A stretch of DNA of 64,000 nt from the IMG/VR virus record IMGVR_UViG_3300036770_005778, positions 11,032 through 75,031 of that record. One strand, given 5' to 3'. Positions within the stretch are counted from its first letter, which is position 1, and each line of letters starts with the position of its first letter. This stretch comes from a virus. A program made the position numbers and the translations under genes. Below are positions 35,281-45,646 of the stretch, piece after piece. The notes under the pieces were generated by a model. The model did no database searches. It was not told the DNA's origin and saw nothing but the letters and a program-made list of their open reading frames with translations.

Positions 35281-36076
35281 TAAGAATTCTCCAGGCAGTA
35301 CCATCTTTTAATTCGTTGACATGAAATTGTCCGTAAGCGAGATGGCTGGCCCATGCATATACTTTATCCTTTTCTGGGTAGTAGGGTTTTTCAATCTGAC
35401 TTAGATCTTGAGAAGTGACTGGTTTAGCGGCATGTGTAGGAGACAGCGTGAATGCAGGATAGCCATACATCACTGCTTCAGTGGCAGCATTGCTATTGAA
35501 TGTTACTAGACAATGCGTGTCATCGTCTAATACTTCTTTCAAAGAATTGTTGTGCATCCTTTCGACTCTGCTCTTTACACGTTCTCTGATCACGATAGGT
35601 CTATCTGTATATTTCTTTATAATTTCTATGGTTTCATTTAACCAGTCATCTAATTCTAGACCATAAAATTTCATAGGTTTTTCATCGGGCTTCGCAATAA
35701 CTATTTTTCTTCCGCCTTTTTTCCAGGGATAAAGAGGTATCGCTAATTTTTTAAATCGATCATCTGGTCTAGGAACTATTTCATTATCGTGTTGTAAATC
35801 ATTTTTAACGATTCTGTGATAATATTTCCACCCCATGGGATTAATAGCACTGCGCTGATTTCCCATATAGCCAGTATCCATAAAATAAAAATCTCTGTTG
35901 TACAACCAACATTTTTTCATTATTTTATGTTTTAATATTCCTCGTAGAACGATAGGATCTTCCGAATCATTGTATTCAAAGTCGTCGGTGTTTATGACTC
36001 TTCCGCCACTACCTATAGCGAACATATTAATATATTCGTCTTTGCCGTCTTTGCTGAGAAATATCCAATTATTCAT
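35270..36076 (-). CDS. KpsS/KpsC-like GT-B glycosyltransferase
   Basis: VTFNSNAA.EA...GYP, LAYGQF...E..G.AW. Confidence 0.65.
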   Translation of the reverse strand: MNNWIFLSKDGKDEYINMFAIGSGGRVINTDDFEYNDSEDPIVLRGILKHKIMKKCWLYNRDFYFMDTGYMGNQRSAINPMGWKYYHRIVKNDLQHDNEIVPRPDDRFKKLAIPLYPWKKGGRKIVIAKPDEKPMKFYGLELDDWLNETIEIIKKYTDRPIVIRERVKSRVERMHNNSLKEVLDDDTHCLVTFNSNAATEAVMYGYPAFTLSPTHAAKPVTSQDLSQIEKPYYPEKDKVYAWASHLAYGQFHVNELKDGTAWRILNEN

Positions 36077-36088
36077 TTTCTAATCTGG

Positions 36089-36874
36089 TTAATTTTTACT
36101 CTTGAATCTGGTTGATTCAAATACAGTGTTCCAATATTCGTCGTCACAATAAATCAAATTATCATTTTTTATAAATCTATCAAATTCGTCGTCGTTAGAC
36201 AAACAGACAAAAATTGCTCTTGTCGGTCTAGGTAAATTTTCTTTGGTAATAAAAATATGTTTATAGCCAGCATCTTTCATCCAACTAGCGTAGCAGGCCG
36301 AAGTGGCCCCGGTCCAATTAGATATAGGTCCTAATTCTTTGGTTCTATAGAATTTAGATTGTGCTATATATTGATTAGATTTAACATCGATAAATGATTC
36401 AAAAATAGCGATTCCTTTGCATACAGATTTTGTTCTTTCGATGGCTAACAAAGGATGTCTAAGATGATATAACAAACCATGGCAAAATATAACATCAAAC
36501 TGTCCTTTGACCTCGTATATGCTTTCTTTTTTGACAACTACTTTACTGTTTAAATTTTTATGATGAAAATCGAAAACTTTTCTACCGCCACGATTTGCAT
36601 TTAGCCCATTGATCCATTCCCAATCTTTTTCTGCCCCCCAATCGTAGTCTTCTCCTAATTCTACATCACTGGCTTCAACGTAATCTGCACCTTGCATTTC
36701 AGCCCAGAAAGCCCACCAACCTTCGTCGGTGGCTATGTCTAAGACACGTTTTCCTTTAAAATTAAAGTCAGTAATTCCTAATAAATTAGTCCATTGAAAA
36801 AAATCTTTTTTTCCTTCGTACGTGGTACCGTTAGGATAAATGATTTTCATTCTAAATATATTCGGGACACTCAT
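36089..36874 (-). CDS. class I SAM-dependent methyltransferase
   Basis: GKRVLDIA...G, FDVIFC.GLLYHL.HP. Confidence 0.8.
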   Translation of the reverse strand: MSVPNIFRMKIIYPNGTTYEGKKDFFQWTNLLGITDFNFKGKRVLDIATDEGWWAFWAEMQGADYVEASDVELGEDYDWGAEKDWEWINGLNANRGGRKVFDFHHKNLNSKVVVKKESIYEVKGQFDVIFCHGLLYHLRHPLLAIERTKSVCKGIAIFESFIDVKSNQYIAQSKFYRTKELGPISNWTGATSACYASWMKDAGYKHIFITKENLPRPTRAIFVCLSNDDEFDRFIKNDNLIYCDDEYWNTVFESTRFKSKN

Positions 36875-37542
36875 TTTAACATTTCTATTAGATAATTTTT
36901 CCACACATCGTGATAATCACAATGTCGATAATCCTTAAACCAAGGGCCGCCTTCGGTATAGTGTATGGCTTTGGGGGACCCATCACCGGGCTCTTTGTAC
37001 CAATTAACTAACCAATTCCATTTATGGTCGACAGAGCCGATTTCATGATCATCGAGCCACTGAAATCTATGAAGATACTGACCTGTTTCTTCGTTAACTG
37101 TTTTTAGATCGAGTTTCCGATTTGATGTATGTCCGCAATTCCATAAAATTAATGAACTCCAATTTTTTCGAGGATAAGGCAGTTGTCGGCAGCCGTCCAT
37201 CTTGACTCCTTCTTTAGGAGTATAATCATGCTTGGCTACCATAGCAGCATATCGATCGTCTGCGAGATCAAACAACTCAGAAATATCTGTCGTCCATAGA
37301 AAATCACAGTCACAAAATACTGCCCAACCAGTGTAATCTGAAAGGTAAGGAACGAGAAATCTAGTAAATGTAAATTCAGTCGAACTGAGATTATCAACTG
37401 GGCGTTGATATATTCCGGCATCTCTTAGATCTTTTTGTTTGAGAGGAATAACTTCAGCAGTCGGTTGATGTTTTAAAATGCTGTATTCGCAAACTTGGTA
37501 AGTTATATCTTCTCTTGTGTCATAACCTACAAAAATTTTCAT
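36871..37542 (-). CDS. GT-A (GT8-like) glycosyltransferase
   Basis: IFVGYD.RE, STEFTFTRF.VP, FCDCD, YPRKNWSS, HYT.GGPW. Confidence 0.8.
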   Translation of the reverse strand: MKIFVGYDTREDITYQVCEYSILKHQPTAEVIPLKQKDLRDAGIYQRPVDNLSSTEFTFTRFLVPYLSDYTGWAVFCDCDFLWTTDISELFDLADDRYAAMVAKHDYTPKEGVKMDGCRQLPYPRKNWSSLILWNCGHTSNRKLDLKTVNEETGQYLHRFQWLDDHEIGSVDHKWNWLVNWYKEPGDGSPKAIHYTEGGPWFKDYRHCDYHDVWKNYLIEMLK

Positions 37543-38303
37543 TTGCGTTCGATGTCCTCTTCGACACAATTTTCTCCGTATTGTATTTCAATAATTTTCA
37601 ATGGTTGGTCGGTTTCATTGCATAATTGGTGCCATTCTGTGCGATTGATATGTATATGATTAAATTTTTTAAATTCGCCAAGTAATTCAACATCAGTGCT
37701 ACGATTGATCGTATAGACTGTTGCTGTACCTTCAGATACGAACCAGTGTTCTGCACGTTCTTTGTGTTTTTGCATCGACAATTTTTTTCCAGGATCGACA
37801 GTTAGTTCTTTTAACTTAACTTCTCGGCCTTGCTCGTGAAGCACACGATAATATCCCCAGGGCCGTTCAGTTTTAGGTGCTTTCCATTCTTGTAATATCC
37901 AAGAACTGGAATTCATTTTGTGTTCACCACCAACACCGAATACAAATTCTAAATTTTTATCGATTAAATCCATCTCTGGAATATTAACTTTAGTTCGATC
38001 GCCCCCATTAGCGAAAACTATTTTATCATTCGGGAAAATTTGACGAACTTTTTTAATGGCGTCTTTTGCTGATCCATCCGAATCGTTAAAATTAATAACT
38101 CGATCCACATCTTTGATAGCACTTAAAATACTAGCACGTTCTTCCCAGGGCATAAATTCTTGCCCTTTCTTTCTACGCAACCATTCGTCGGAGTTTGCCC
38201 CGACAATTAGAATATCACCTAGTTTACGTGCTTCTTTAATATAATTGATATGACCCGAATGGATGGGATCAAAACCACCTGTTGCAATTACAATTATTTT
38301 CAT
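37539..38303 (-). CDS. cytidylyltransferase fused to mannose-6-phosphate-isomerase-type cupin
   Basis: GGFDPIHSGH (HxGH); RPWG...LSMQKH..R.EHW. Confidence 0.85.
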   Translation of the reverse strand: MKIIVIATGGFDPIHSGHINYIKEARKLGDILIVGANSDEWLRRKKGQEFMPWEERASILSAIKDVDRVINFNDSDGSAKDAIKKVRQIFPNDKIVFANGGDRTKVNIPEMDLIDKNLEFVFGVGGEHKMNSSSWILQEWKAPKTERPWGYYRVLHEQGREVKLKELTVDPGKKLSMQKHKERAEHWFVSEGTATVYTINRSTDVELLGEFKKFNHIHINRTEWHQLCNETDQPLKIIEIQYGENCVEEDIERK

Positions 38304-38962
38304 ATAAGATCCTTATGGATATACATCACATCGCTTTCAAAAGTGGTCCTTTCTACATAACCCCAATTACTTAAAAGGTCGTCAATCTTTTCTTTCATCC
38401 AACCATATGCATCACCAAACCCGTTAATTTCTAATACAATTACTGGTTTAGATCTTTTAATCGTTTCCTCTGCGCCCAACAATGCAAACCCTTCAAACCC
38501 TTCAATATCCAAATGTATTAAAGACGGGCTTAAACCAAAACAATCTATTTTTACCTGAGGTATAACTCCTTCACCGGCAATTCGTAATCCTCCGAGATTA
38601 AAATCGTGATCTTTATGTAGTTCTAAACTAAGGGGAGTGTTGTTGTTACCAATACAAGATCTGAATTTAAACACATTTTCTTCAGGAACATTATACGAAA
38701 GACAATAAAAATTTCTATGATCGGGTTCAAATGTCACTACAGTATCAAATAATTTAGAATACTGTTTTGGATAATAGCCAGCATTTCCGCCTGCCTGAAT
38801 AACTAACTTTTTTTCTTTGCAATGTTCTGCAATTTTTTTTGGCAGGTTCCGGAATCTTTCTTTATTTAAATGGTGCCAGCACCATGTGTCGTCAATCGGC
38901 CATAACCAATCGCTGCCCTCTTTTGGATCTTTTCTAATTTCTAAATTTAAATGTTTAAACAT
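38300..38962 (-). CDS. FkbM family methyltransferase
   Basis: QAGGNAG, FEPD..N, LDIEGFE. Confidence 0.8.
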   Translation of the reverse strand: MFKHLNLEIRKDPKEGSDWLWPIDDTWCWHHLNKERFRNLPKKIAEHCKEKKLVIQAGGNAGYYPKQYSKLFDTVVTFEPDHRNFYCLSYNVPEENVFKFRSCIGNNNTPLSLELHKDHDFNLGGLRIAGEGVIPQVKIDCFGLSPSLIHLDIEGFEGFALLGAEETIKRSKPVIVLEINGFGDAYGWMKEKIDDLLSNWGYVERTTFESDVMYIHKDLI

Positions 38963-39522
38963 GATTTCCATTCATCAAATGACATCGGCACAAAATTAAT
39001 ATCGTTTCTTACAAACCAAGTTTCGAATTTTTTATTTTTTCTATCGTCTGGGTACACATCATATATCACGGGCTTGTAATTATATTTTGCCAGATATTCT
39101 ATAGAAATTACATTCCAGTCTTTTTTAGCAGCATAATTATCATGTTCGTAAGTGATACAATCAAATGTAATTCCTTGTGACAATACTTGTTGTAAGGCTG
39201 AAAATGTGTTTTCTGGAGGCTCAATGTCGCAACTTAAATAACCAAGATGCATTGGAAGATCGTTATCGGCTACTGCCTTTGCATAATCAAAGGTTAATGC
39301 ATCCTCCCAATATATTTTATTTGTGCGCTCGGGATGCGCTGCCCAAATAGATTGATAATTAGTATTCAATTCAATACTAAAACCCTTCCAGCCCCCCATC
39401 TCTAAATTATAGGTATTGCTCCACTTAACAGGCTCATACCCACCAATTTCAATATAGGTCTTATTTTTAGTTATAAGATTTGATACAAATATATCTTGTA
39501 ATGCTTGTGAGTTGCTTATCAT
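38947..39522 (-). CDS. FkbM-like methyltransferase
   Basis: SQALQD, YIEIG, SNTY.LE..GW.G, YLS.DIEP, TYEHD. Confidence 0.7.
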   Translation of the reverse strand: MISNSQALQDIFVSNLITKNKTYIEIGGYEPVKWSNTYNLEMGGWKGFSIELNTNYQSIWAAHPERTNKIYWEDALTFDYAKAVADNDLPMHLGYLSCDIEPPENTFSALQQVLSQGITFDCITYEHDNYAAKKDWNVISIEYLAKYNYKPVIYDVYPDDRKNKKFETWFVRNDINFVPMSFDEWKSCLNI

Positions 39523-39863
39523 AAAAAGCCTTTGTTTCTTACCACATTCCATGCAATCGCAGTTTTTAATCCTGCGGGTTTGGTATCATTAATAATTATC
39601 CTTTCTCCGGTTGGCAGGTTGAATAGTGCAAAATTATAACGTAAGCCATTTTTTTGTAAAAGAGCCAGTGTAGATTTTCGATATTGATCAGAGCGTCCTG
39701 TAGTAATCACAATATAATCATGGGCTGGAATTGTACTCCAGAACTCAATAACCCCCGGTAATAATCGATCCCCGTCGCGCAGATGTGCGTTATGATCCAG
39801 TACAGTCCCATCTAGGTCAATAAACCAAGTGTGTGGTAAATCACTTAACTCAAACGGAATCAT
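39519..39863 (-). CDS. HAD-superfamily hydrolase
   Basis: FIDLDGT, TTGR, IIND. Confidence 0.8.
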   Translation of the reverse strand: MIPFELSDLPHTWFIDLDGTVLDHNAHLRDGDRLLPGVIEFWSTIPAHDYIVITTGRSDQYRKSTLALLQKNGLRYNFALFNLPTGERIIINDTKPAGLKTAIAWNVVRNKGFL

Positions 39864-41377
39864 AATTGTTGTAATCCCTTTTCAAGATAATAAAGACCGA
39901 GGTAAAAACTGCCGATGACACTATCAATGTCATCTTTTGCATATCCGCTTAACGCAAGCCAAATCAATCCGTGTAATATTTTAATTTTAGCGATGTCTTT
40001 ACCGAAATGTTCAGTAAAAATTTCCTCAGCGTATATTTCAAATCTCGTTGGCTCTTGTAAAATTTCTACAGTCTCTCTGTCAATATATAATTTAAATTTT
40101 CTACGATTAAACATGTCGTATCCGCCAACTGCACTGTAATATACCTTAGCAAAGTCGTACATCGGATCTCCCCATATGCCGGGTTTGCTAAAGTAGCCGC
40201 GAGGATCAATGTACCATATTTTTAAATTTTTATCTATAAGACTATTACTAAATGTCGGATCTCCGTGTATAGGGGTAAACACTAACGGGTGAATAAATGT
40301 TAAAATAGTTTCGAATAAATGTTTATGTTTTTCTGAAAATATATTTTTACATTTTAACCCGTTTACGGTAATAGATTCTTGATCAAAATTAGGAATTATC
40401 TTTGAAACGCTGTTAACACGAGTTAATGTTTTTGTAATGTATGTGTCAATAACATCTTCATTTACTGCTGGTCTGGTAGATAAGTCATGTAAACCTATAA
40501 GTGAATCAATATAGTCAGCAAGTACCGCACGTTTTTCTCGTTCAGTAAGATCTGACATTTGATAAGCATGATAGCCGTTGATTCTGGTCATTACATAAGG
40601 GTTTATAGAAATTATCTTTGGTATTCTACGAAATCCTAAATCGCTAACACTTTTATACCAGTCTTGTTCTTTTCCAATTAAATGTAGATAATTAGAATCA
40701 ATTACACGTTTTTCAACAGTAGATTCGTTAATCTTAACTTCGTTAAAGAATCTACTAAATCCTGCTCGATCGTTTTGCGTTTCAATAGTTGAGAAGTCAC
40801 CTAATTCTTCTAGGTCGTTGCATAGTACCGTATTAAATTGTGTTACATTTTTGCTAAACCACTTCACAAATTCCCCGCTTGGCGGAGGTTCTGGAAAATA
40901 TTCTGCCTGGCTGGCATAAAATATACCAGGAATACCGTTAGGTCCGGGCTGCTCTATCAATACTCCTGCATTGTTTTGTGTCCAGCGACAGGTAAAAGCG
41001 TTGGTTGTAATAACAGTTGGAAGAGTAGAGTTTAAAATTGTTGGCATGCTCCCAATAATTAAATCACTCCATGTAATTATAAGTTCAGCATCTTTTGGAA
41101 TAGTTTTAAGTGCTTCACTAATTCCACTAGCGGTACCCTTCTCATTAGTTTGTGTTAAAGTATATTCGACTGCCGGAGTATTTACTTGTAAATAGTTTTC
41201 AAGTTGATCATACGCATAGTCACCGATTATGTGAAAATGTGCTGTAGAAAATCGATCAAATAAATGATACAATAACGGTTTTCCTCGAACACTTACTAAG
41301 CATTTTGGTTTATTCCACGTGTGGTGACGTAAACGACTGCCGCGACCGCCTGCTTGAACAATAATATGTAAATTCAT
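39860..41377 (-). CDS. NTP-transferase fused to APH/choline-kinase-like phosphotransferase
   Basis: QAGGRGSRL...KPKCL; HGDPTFSN...IDPRG..GDP.YD.AK. Confidence 0.85.
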   Translation of the reverse strand: MNLHIIVQAGGRGSRLRHHTWNKPKCLVSVRGKPLLYHLFDRFSTAHFHIIGDYAYDQLENYLQVNTPAVEYTLTQTNEKGTASGISEALKTIPKDAELIITWSDLIIGSMPTILNSTLPTVITTNAFTCRWTQNNAGVLIEQPGPNGIPGIFYASQAEYFPEPPPSGEFVKWFSKNVTQFNTVLCNDLEELGDFSTIETQNDRAGFSRFFNEVKINESTVEKRVIDSNYLHLIGKEQDWYKSVSDLGFRRIPKIISINPYVMTRINGYHAYQMSDLTEREKRAVLADYIDSLIGLHDLSTRPAVNEDVIDTYITKTLTRVNSVSKIIPNFDQESITVNGLKCKNIFSEKHKHLFETILTFIHPLVFTPIHGDPTFSNSLIDKNLKIWYIDPRGYFSKPGIWGDPMYDFAKVYYSAVGGYDMFNRRKFKLYIDRETVEILQEPTRFEIYAEEIFTEHFGKDIAKIKILHGLIWLALSGYAKDDIDSVIGSFYLGLYYLEKGLQQL

Positions 41378-41418
41378 ATCAATATTTATGTACGCATTTA
41401 ATTGACTAAATAATTTTC

Positions 41419-42153
41419 ATGAGCACAAATAGTTTAACGATAGTATCTACATTTACTAAAGATCTTTGGGAAGAATACGGTAACAGATCAATTCCTACGT
41501 GGTTTCAATATTTTGATTCGACAGTTAAGTTTCATCTTCATACAGAATTTAAACCTATCATCGATCAACGAATAACTTATTTTTTAGATACCAAAGAAAA
41601 ATTAGATTTCTTAAAAAGAAACACTCGAATTAATCGACAAGGCACTAAAGATATGCACCCAGTAGGAAGAAAATGGGATACTTATTGTCATAAGGTATAC
41701 GCCCAATACGAATCTTTCAAAAAATCCGATACTCGTTATCTTTTATTTTTAGATGCAGATGTTGCTGCATTAAAATCCTTTAACGGGAACATTGCTGCCG
41801 ATTTATTAGATAATCATTTTTGCGGGTTTATTGGCAGAGATTCGTTATTAACTGAAACTGGATTTATTTTATACGACTTACACTATCCGGGATCATCTCA
41901 ATTCTTTGAAAGTTTTATAGACTTATATAATAAAGATCAATTATTTAATTTAACGTCGTGGTGCGATTGTGGAGCATTTGATCACATTAGAACTAATTCT
42001 CCCTTATTATTTAAAAATCTTTCTGGACAATACAGTCACTTTATTGATCCGATCGCGGTTGGAGAAATAGGAGAATATTTCGATCATTGGATTAGTAAAA
42101 AAAGTAAAAGAAAGGGATTCAGTAAACACAGAAAATTTAGAAACAAAGTATGA
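41419..42153 (+). CDS. GT-A glycosyltransferase
   Basis: CHKV, FLDAD, ETGF, DC..FD. Confidence 0.75.
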   Translation: MSTNSLTIVSTFTKDLWEEYGNRSIPTWFQYFDSTVKFHLHTEFKPIIDQRITYFLDTKEKLDFLKRNTRINRQGTKDMHPVGRKWDTYCHKVYAQYESFKKSDTRYLLFLDADVAALKSFNGNIAADLLDNHFCGFIGRDSLLTETGFILYDLHYPGSSQFFESFIDLYNKDQLFNLTSWCDCGAFDHIRTNSPLLFKNLSGQYSHFIDPIAVGEIGEYFDHWISKKSKRKGFSKHRKFRNKV

Positions 42154-42875
42154 TAAAGAAAATTTTTTTAAAATATAATAAAGACCCAAGAGAGAATCCG
42201 TCGTCGTTACACTGTTTAAATTTCTGGTTAAGTGTTTTTGCAGACAGAGATATATGCATAATCTGTGATATATTTGATTCAAATTTAGGATTTCCAAAAC
42301 AATTTAAAAATTATTCATCGTATAAATTTATAAATTCTAATTATTCTTTATCCGAACCAATCGATGATCTGTTAGAATCAAAAAGATGGAAAAATGTTGC
42401 TGCATCAAATTTATCGTGCTATGAAAAAAGTGAGTTTGATCCTTTTTGGTTAATAGATGCTGATGATACGTTGTTTATAACATTTGATCTATCTTTAATA
42501 AAAGAAAAAATAAAATCGGCTGAAGATTATTTTTTAGAAAATGGTTTAGATGGATTTTCTTTAGATTTTTATAGAACGTTTAAAAGAGATCACTGGAGTT
42601 TCGGTGTTTCGTTGTTGCAAAATAAGCCTGATCTCATTTCTATTCTGTGTTCGACAGATTTAGATTTTTTTCAAACATTAAAACTGCCATACAATCTTGA
42701 TGCATTATTTGATTGCAACAGAAGACAAGGAAAATTAAAATTAGAAAGTTTTATTTTTGATAATATGTTTTTTCAACATCAGTTAGACCAAAAATTTTTG
42801 CCATATGGGATTTATAGGTGGGAAAATCAAAAGCTATGGAATATGGAACTAAATCCCGAGGTTAAGATTTTTTGA
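42150..42875 (+). CDS. putative glycosyltransferase
   Basis: FWLIDADD DxD motif; cluster context. Confidence 0.5.
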   Translation: MIKKIFLKYNKDPRENPSSLHCLNFWLSVFADRDICIICDIFDSNLGFPKQFKNYSSYKFINSNYSLSEPIDDLLESKRWKNVAASNLSCYEKSEFDPFWLIDADDTLFITFDLSLIKEKIKSAEDYFLENGLDGFSLDFYRTFKRDHWSFGVSLLQNKPDLISILCSTDLDFFQTLKLPYNLDALFDCNRRQGKLKLESFIFDNMFFQHQLDQKFLPYGIYRWENQKLWNMELNPEVKIF

Positions 42876-43823
42876 ATAAAACTCACTAGTTCTAAGCCAG
42901 TTATAATAAATTTCAAATCCTTCATCGATATCTACTTTAGGATCGAAACCAAAATCTCTGCGGGCGGCCGTAATATCTAATGCACCTCGGCTAGGAAAAT
43001 CTGCATCTTTTTCTCGAACTTCGATACTGCCTTTGCCTACTAATTTAATAGCCAGTTCGGCAGCAGCAAGTAAAGTCTTACTGTGACTTTTTGTTATATT
43101 ATAGGTTTTGTTTTTGGTATTTTCGCTTAATAGTGCTTCTACGATTCCATTAGCAGCATCGTCGACATAGGTAAAATCTAGAGTTTCATTTACACCGTTA
43201 ACTTTTAACACTCCGCTTCTCATAGCAGTTAAAAGAAATTTACTAATAACTCTATCTTCAACGTCGAGCGGACCATATACAGCACTGGGGCGAAATATCG
43301 TATAGTTAATTCCGCGACGTTGATAATCTTTAATAAGCCACTCACCTGCTAATTTAAGAATACCGTATTGACCTTGTGGATGGCAAACAGCATCTTCGGT
43401 AACATAATCATTGAAATCGCCATATACCATACTACTGCTAGTATATAAAAATCTATTACAGTTATATTTTACACAGGCTTCTAACAGATTAAGCAAACCT
43501 TCGCTCATTACCTTTGCACCGAGAGCAGGATTAGCATTGACTACTTTTTGTCTAGGAAAACTGGCTAGATGTATAACAGCATCTGGTCGATACTGCCTGA
43601 ATAGCCATTCGGCATTTTCTCGGTCACTTATATCTATTCTATGTATTTTTTCTGTTTGAATAAATTTAACACGCTCTGAGATAAGATAATCTATTTCCTG
43701 TTGAGGAATGATATTGTAATTTGTTTTTGTGTCTGTGATGATTACTTCATGACCGTGTTGTTCTAATTTTTTAACAACATTATGTCCAATTAATCCCAGG
43801 CCACCAGTTACTAAAATATTCAT
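42849..43823 (-). CDS. NAD-dependent epimerase/dehydratase
   Basis: TGGLGLIG, SSSMVYG, YGILK (YxxxK), DFTYVDD. Confidence 0.9.
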   Translation of the reverse strand: MNILVTGGLGLIGHNVVKKLEQHGHEVIITDTKTNYNIIPQQEIDYLISERVKFIQTEKIHRIDISDRENAEWLFRQYRPDAVIHLASFPRQKVVNANPALGAKVMSEGLLNLLEACVKYNCNRFLYTSSSMVYGDFNDYVTEDAVCHPQGQYGILKLAGEWLIKDYQRRGINYTIFRPSAVYGPLDVEDRVISKFLLTAMRSGVLKVNGVNETLDFTYVDDAANGIVEALLSENTKNKTYNITKSHSKTLLAAAELAIKLVGKGSIEVREKDADFPSRGALDITAARRDFGFDPKVDIDEGFEIYYNWLRTSEFYSKNLNLGI

Positions 43824-44275
43824 AGTGTTGCGTCTTCTAATCCTGCGACTCTTAATTTAACGATGTTACTTAGGTGCCATTGTTTCTGATCAAGTGCTTT
43901 GATAATACCTAACCATTTATTACGAAGCAAGGCGAAGTCATTGATGATTTTTTCAAAGTCTACAACGTCTGCTTCACCTTCTACGAACTTTTCACAGTCT
44001 CTAGAAGATAAAGCACGTTGATAGTTTTCGAGATACTTACGAAAATGCTGACTACGCAGTCTACGAAGTTCGATATTGAGGTATTCAAGAATGCCCTCAA
44101 TTTCTTGGAGTTGATTGAATCGGTTTTCTACGATGCCTGGCATAGCAGCCGATGCTCGTTCGATGTTTCCCGCTATGCGGGCATCTTTTTTTGCTTCTAG
44201 CAGTTCGCTTTCATAGTATGCTACAGCATCTGGAATTTCAGAAATGTCTTTCGAAACTCGCTCATACCAATTCAT
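43820..44275 (-). CDS. uvsY: recombination mediator, UvsY-like
   Basis: C-terminal K.W.L.NIVKLR.AG; helical; next to UvsX. Confidence 0.75.
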   Translation of the reverse strand: MNWYERVSKDISEIPDAVAYYESELLEAKKDARIAGNIERASAAMPGIVENRFNQLQEIEGILEYLNIELRRLRSQHFRKYLENYQRALSSRDCEKFVEGEADVVDFEKIINDFALLRNKWLGIIKALDQKQWHLSNIVKLRVAGLEDATL

Positions 44276-44512
44276 TTATTCCTCATCTTCGTTATAATCG
44301 TCGTATTCTTCTTCGATTTCCTCATCGTCGATGGCGTAGTCGATGGCTTCATCGAGATGAGTGTCAATACCTAAAAGACTCTGGAGTGTAGATTCTTTGA
44401 TTCCATAGTCTAATAATGTGTTAACGAAACCGGAGGCTACATCTGCTCTGGCTTTTTCTGGGATATGTTCTACTACCAATGTCCAAATGTCTGCAATTAA
44501 ATCTTCTTTCAT
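44276..44512 (-). CDS. small acidic protein
   Basis: 78 aa with acidic tail. Confidence 0.7.
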   Translation of the reverse strand: MKEDLIADIWTLVVEHIPEKARADVASGFVNTLLDYGIKESTLQSLLGIDTHLDEAIDYAIDDEEIEEEYDDYNEDEE

Positions 44513-45588
44513 TCCACGCTCTCCAAATTGGTTGTGACATCTTTAATTATCCCGGATTCGATTTTTTCGCCATGTTTCGAAAACTCATTCATAACGACGT
44601 CGAGACAACCATTTTCGTTGCGTTCCCACTCTTTGCGATAAAACTTAAGGATTTCACCATCGCCGGTGGTGAAAGATAATCTGTTACCATCCTTTACCAA
44701 CATGCCTTTGGCTTCTGCGAGATCTACTAATCCGCTGTAGGGATTCATACCTGTCTCATAGGGAATCTTGACCTGCACTGATTCAAAAGGTTTGGCATAA
44801 CGTGTTTTCATGATCTTACAGGCAGCACGGATGCCTTTGACTTCTGAAATCTTGTTACCATCCTCATCTTCTTTCAACTTCAACTTCTTCATTGCAACCA
44901 CGATAGAACTTGCGTAAATGAAGCCTTGTCCACCTGAGATCTTATCGTCAGGATCGAACATGTCCTGTGATGCATAAGTGTGATTCGTAGCCACTAATCC
45001 AATATTAAGGCTACCAAACATATTAACACAGTTGCGCACCAGAGCCGTAAGTGCTTTTGGCTTACGGCCCATATCACCTTTAAGGTCTCCTGCTTCAAAC
45101 TGATTGACATCTGTAGGAGTCAACAACATACCAAGGCTATCGAGAACAAATAGAACTTTAGGTCTTCCGTCTTCTGGCATGGTTTTGTATTCTGCTACAA
45201 ATTCTGTGATGGTCTTGGCCACATCATCGATCATGGCCATGTTGAGTTTTAGGAGTTTATCTTCTGAAGTATCCACTCCTAATGCCTTGAGCCAATCCTC
45301 GTCTAATGCATTTTCTGTATCAACTAAGATCGGATAGATGCCCTGCGCCTGTGCGGCTTTGATGAGATTACCGGAGCAGATATATGATTTGCCTGCACCA
45401 CTTTCTCCTGCGAATACAGTGACTTTACCTAGCGGAACTCCTCTATGGAAATCTCCGCTGATCAAATAGTTTAAGGCATAATTGCCTGTGCTGACCCAAT
45501 CTGTGGGATCATTAAAACCAATACTCAATCCATCGATAGATTTAGTGATCGATTTTCTAAATTTAGAAATATCAAATGCTTTTGCCAT
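44509..45588 (-). CDS. uvsX: RecA-like recombinase (UvsX)
   Basis: GESGAGKS, DTENA, LDSLG, NHTY, SGG.G..YASS. Confidence 0.93.
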   Translation of the reverse strand: MAKAFDISKFRKSITKSIDGLSIGFNDPTDWVSTGNYALNYLISGDFHRGVPLGKVTVFAGESGAGKSYICSGNLIKAAQAQGIYPILVDTENALDEDWLKALGVDTSEDKLLKLNMAMIDDVAKTITEFVAEYKTMPEDGRPKVLFVLDSLGMLLTPTDVNQFEAGDLKGDMGRKPKALTALVRNCVNMFGSLNIGLVATNHTYASQDMFDPDDKISGGQGFIYASSIVVAMKKLKLKEDEDGNKISEVKGIRAACKIMKTRYAKPFESVQVKIPYETGMNPYSGLVDLAEAKGMLVKDGNRLSFTTGDGEILKFYRKEWERNENGCLDVVMNEFSKHGEKIESGIIKDVTTNLESVE

Positions 45589-45610
45589 TATTATTTTCCT
45601 GTGATGAAAA

Positions 45611-45633
45611 GAGTGTGGGATTACCCCACACTC
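45611..45633 (-). terminator. hairpin, probable terminator after SSB
   Basis: GAGTGTGGG-ATTAC-CCCACACTC with short A-run on the left. Confidence 0.6.
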
Positions 45634-45646
45634 GTTACTTTAGCCG

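Noticed and set aside
28770-43823. Bacterial capsule/LPS locus, i.e. host contamination or prophage border
   Set aside because: Continuous with phage genes on both sides, phage TAAATA signals inside, and no transport or polymerase genes.
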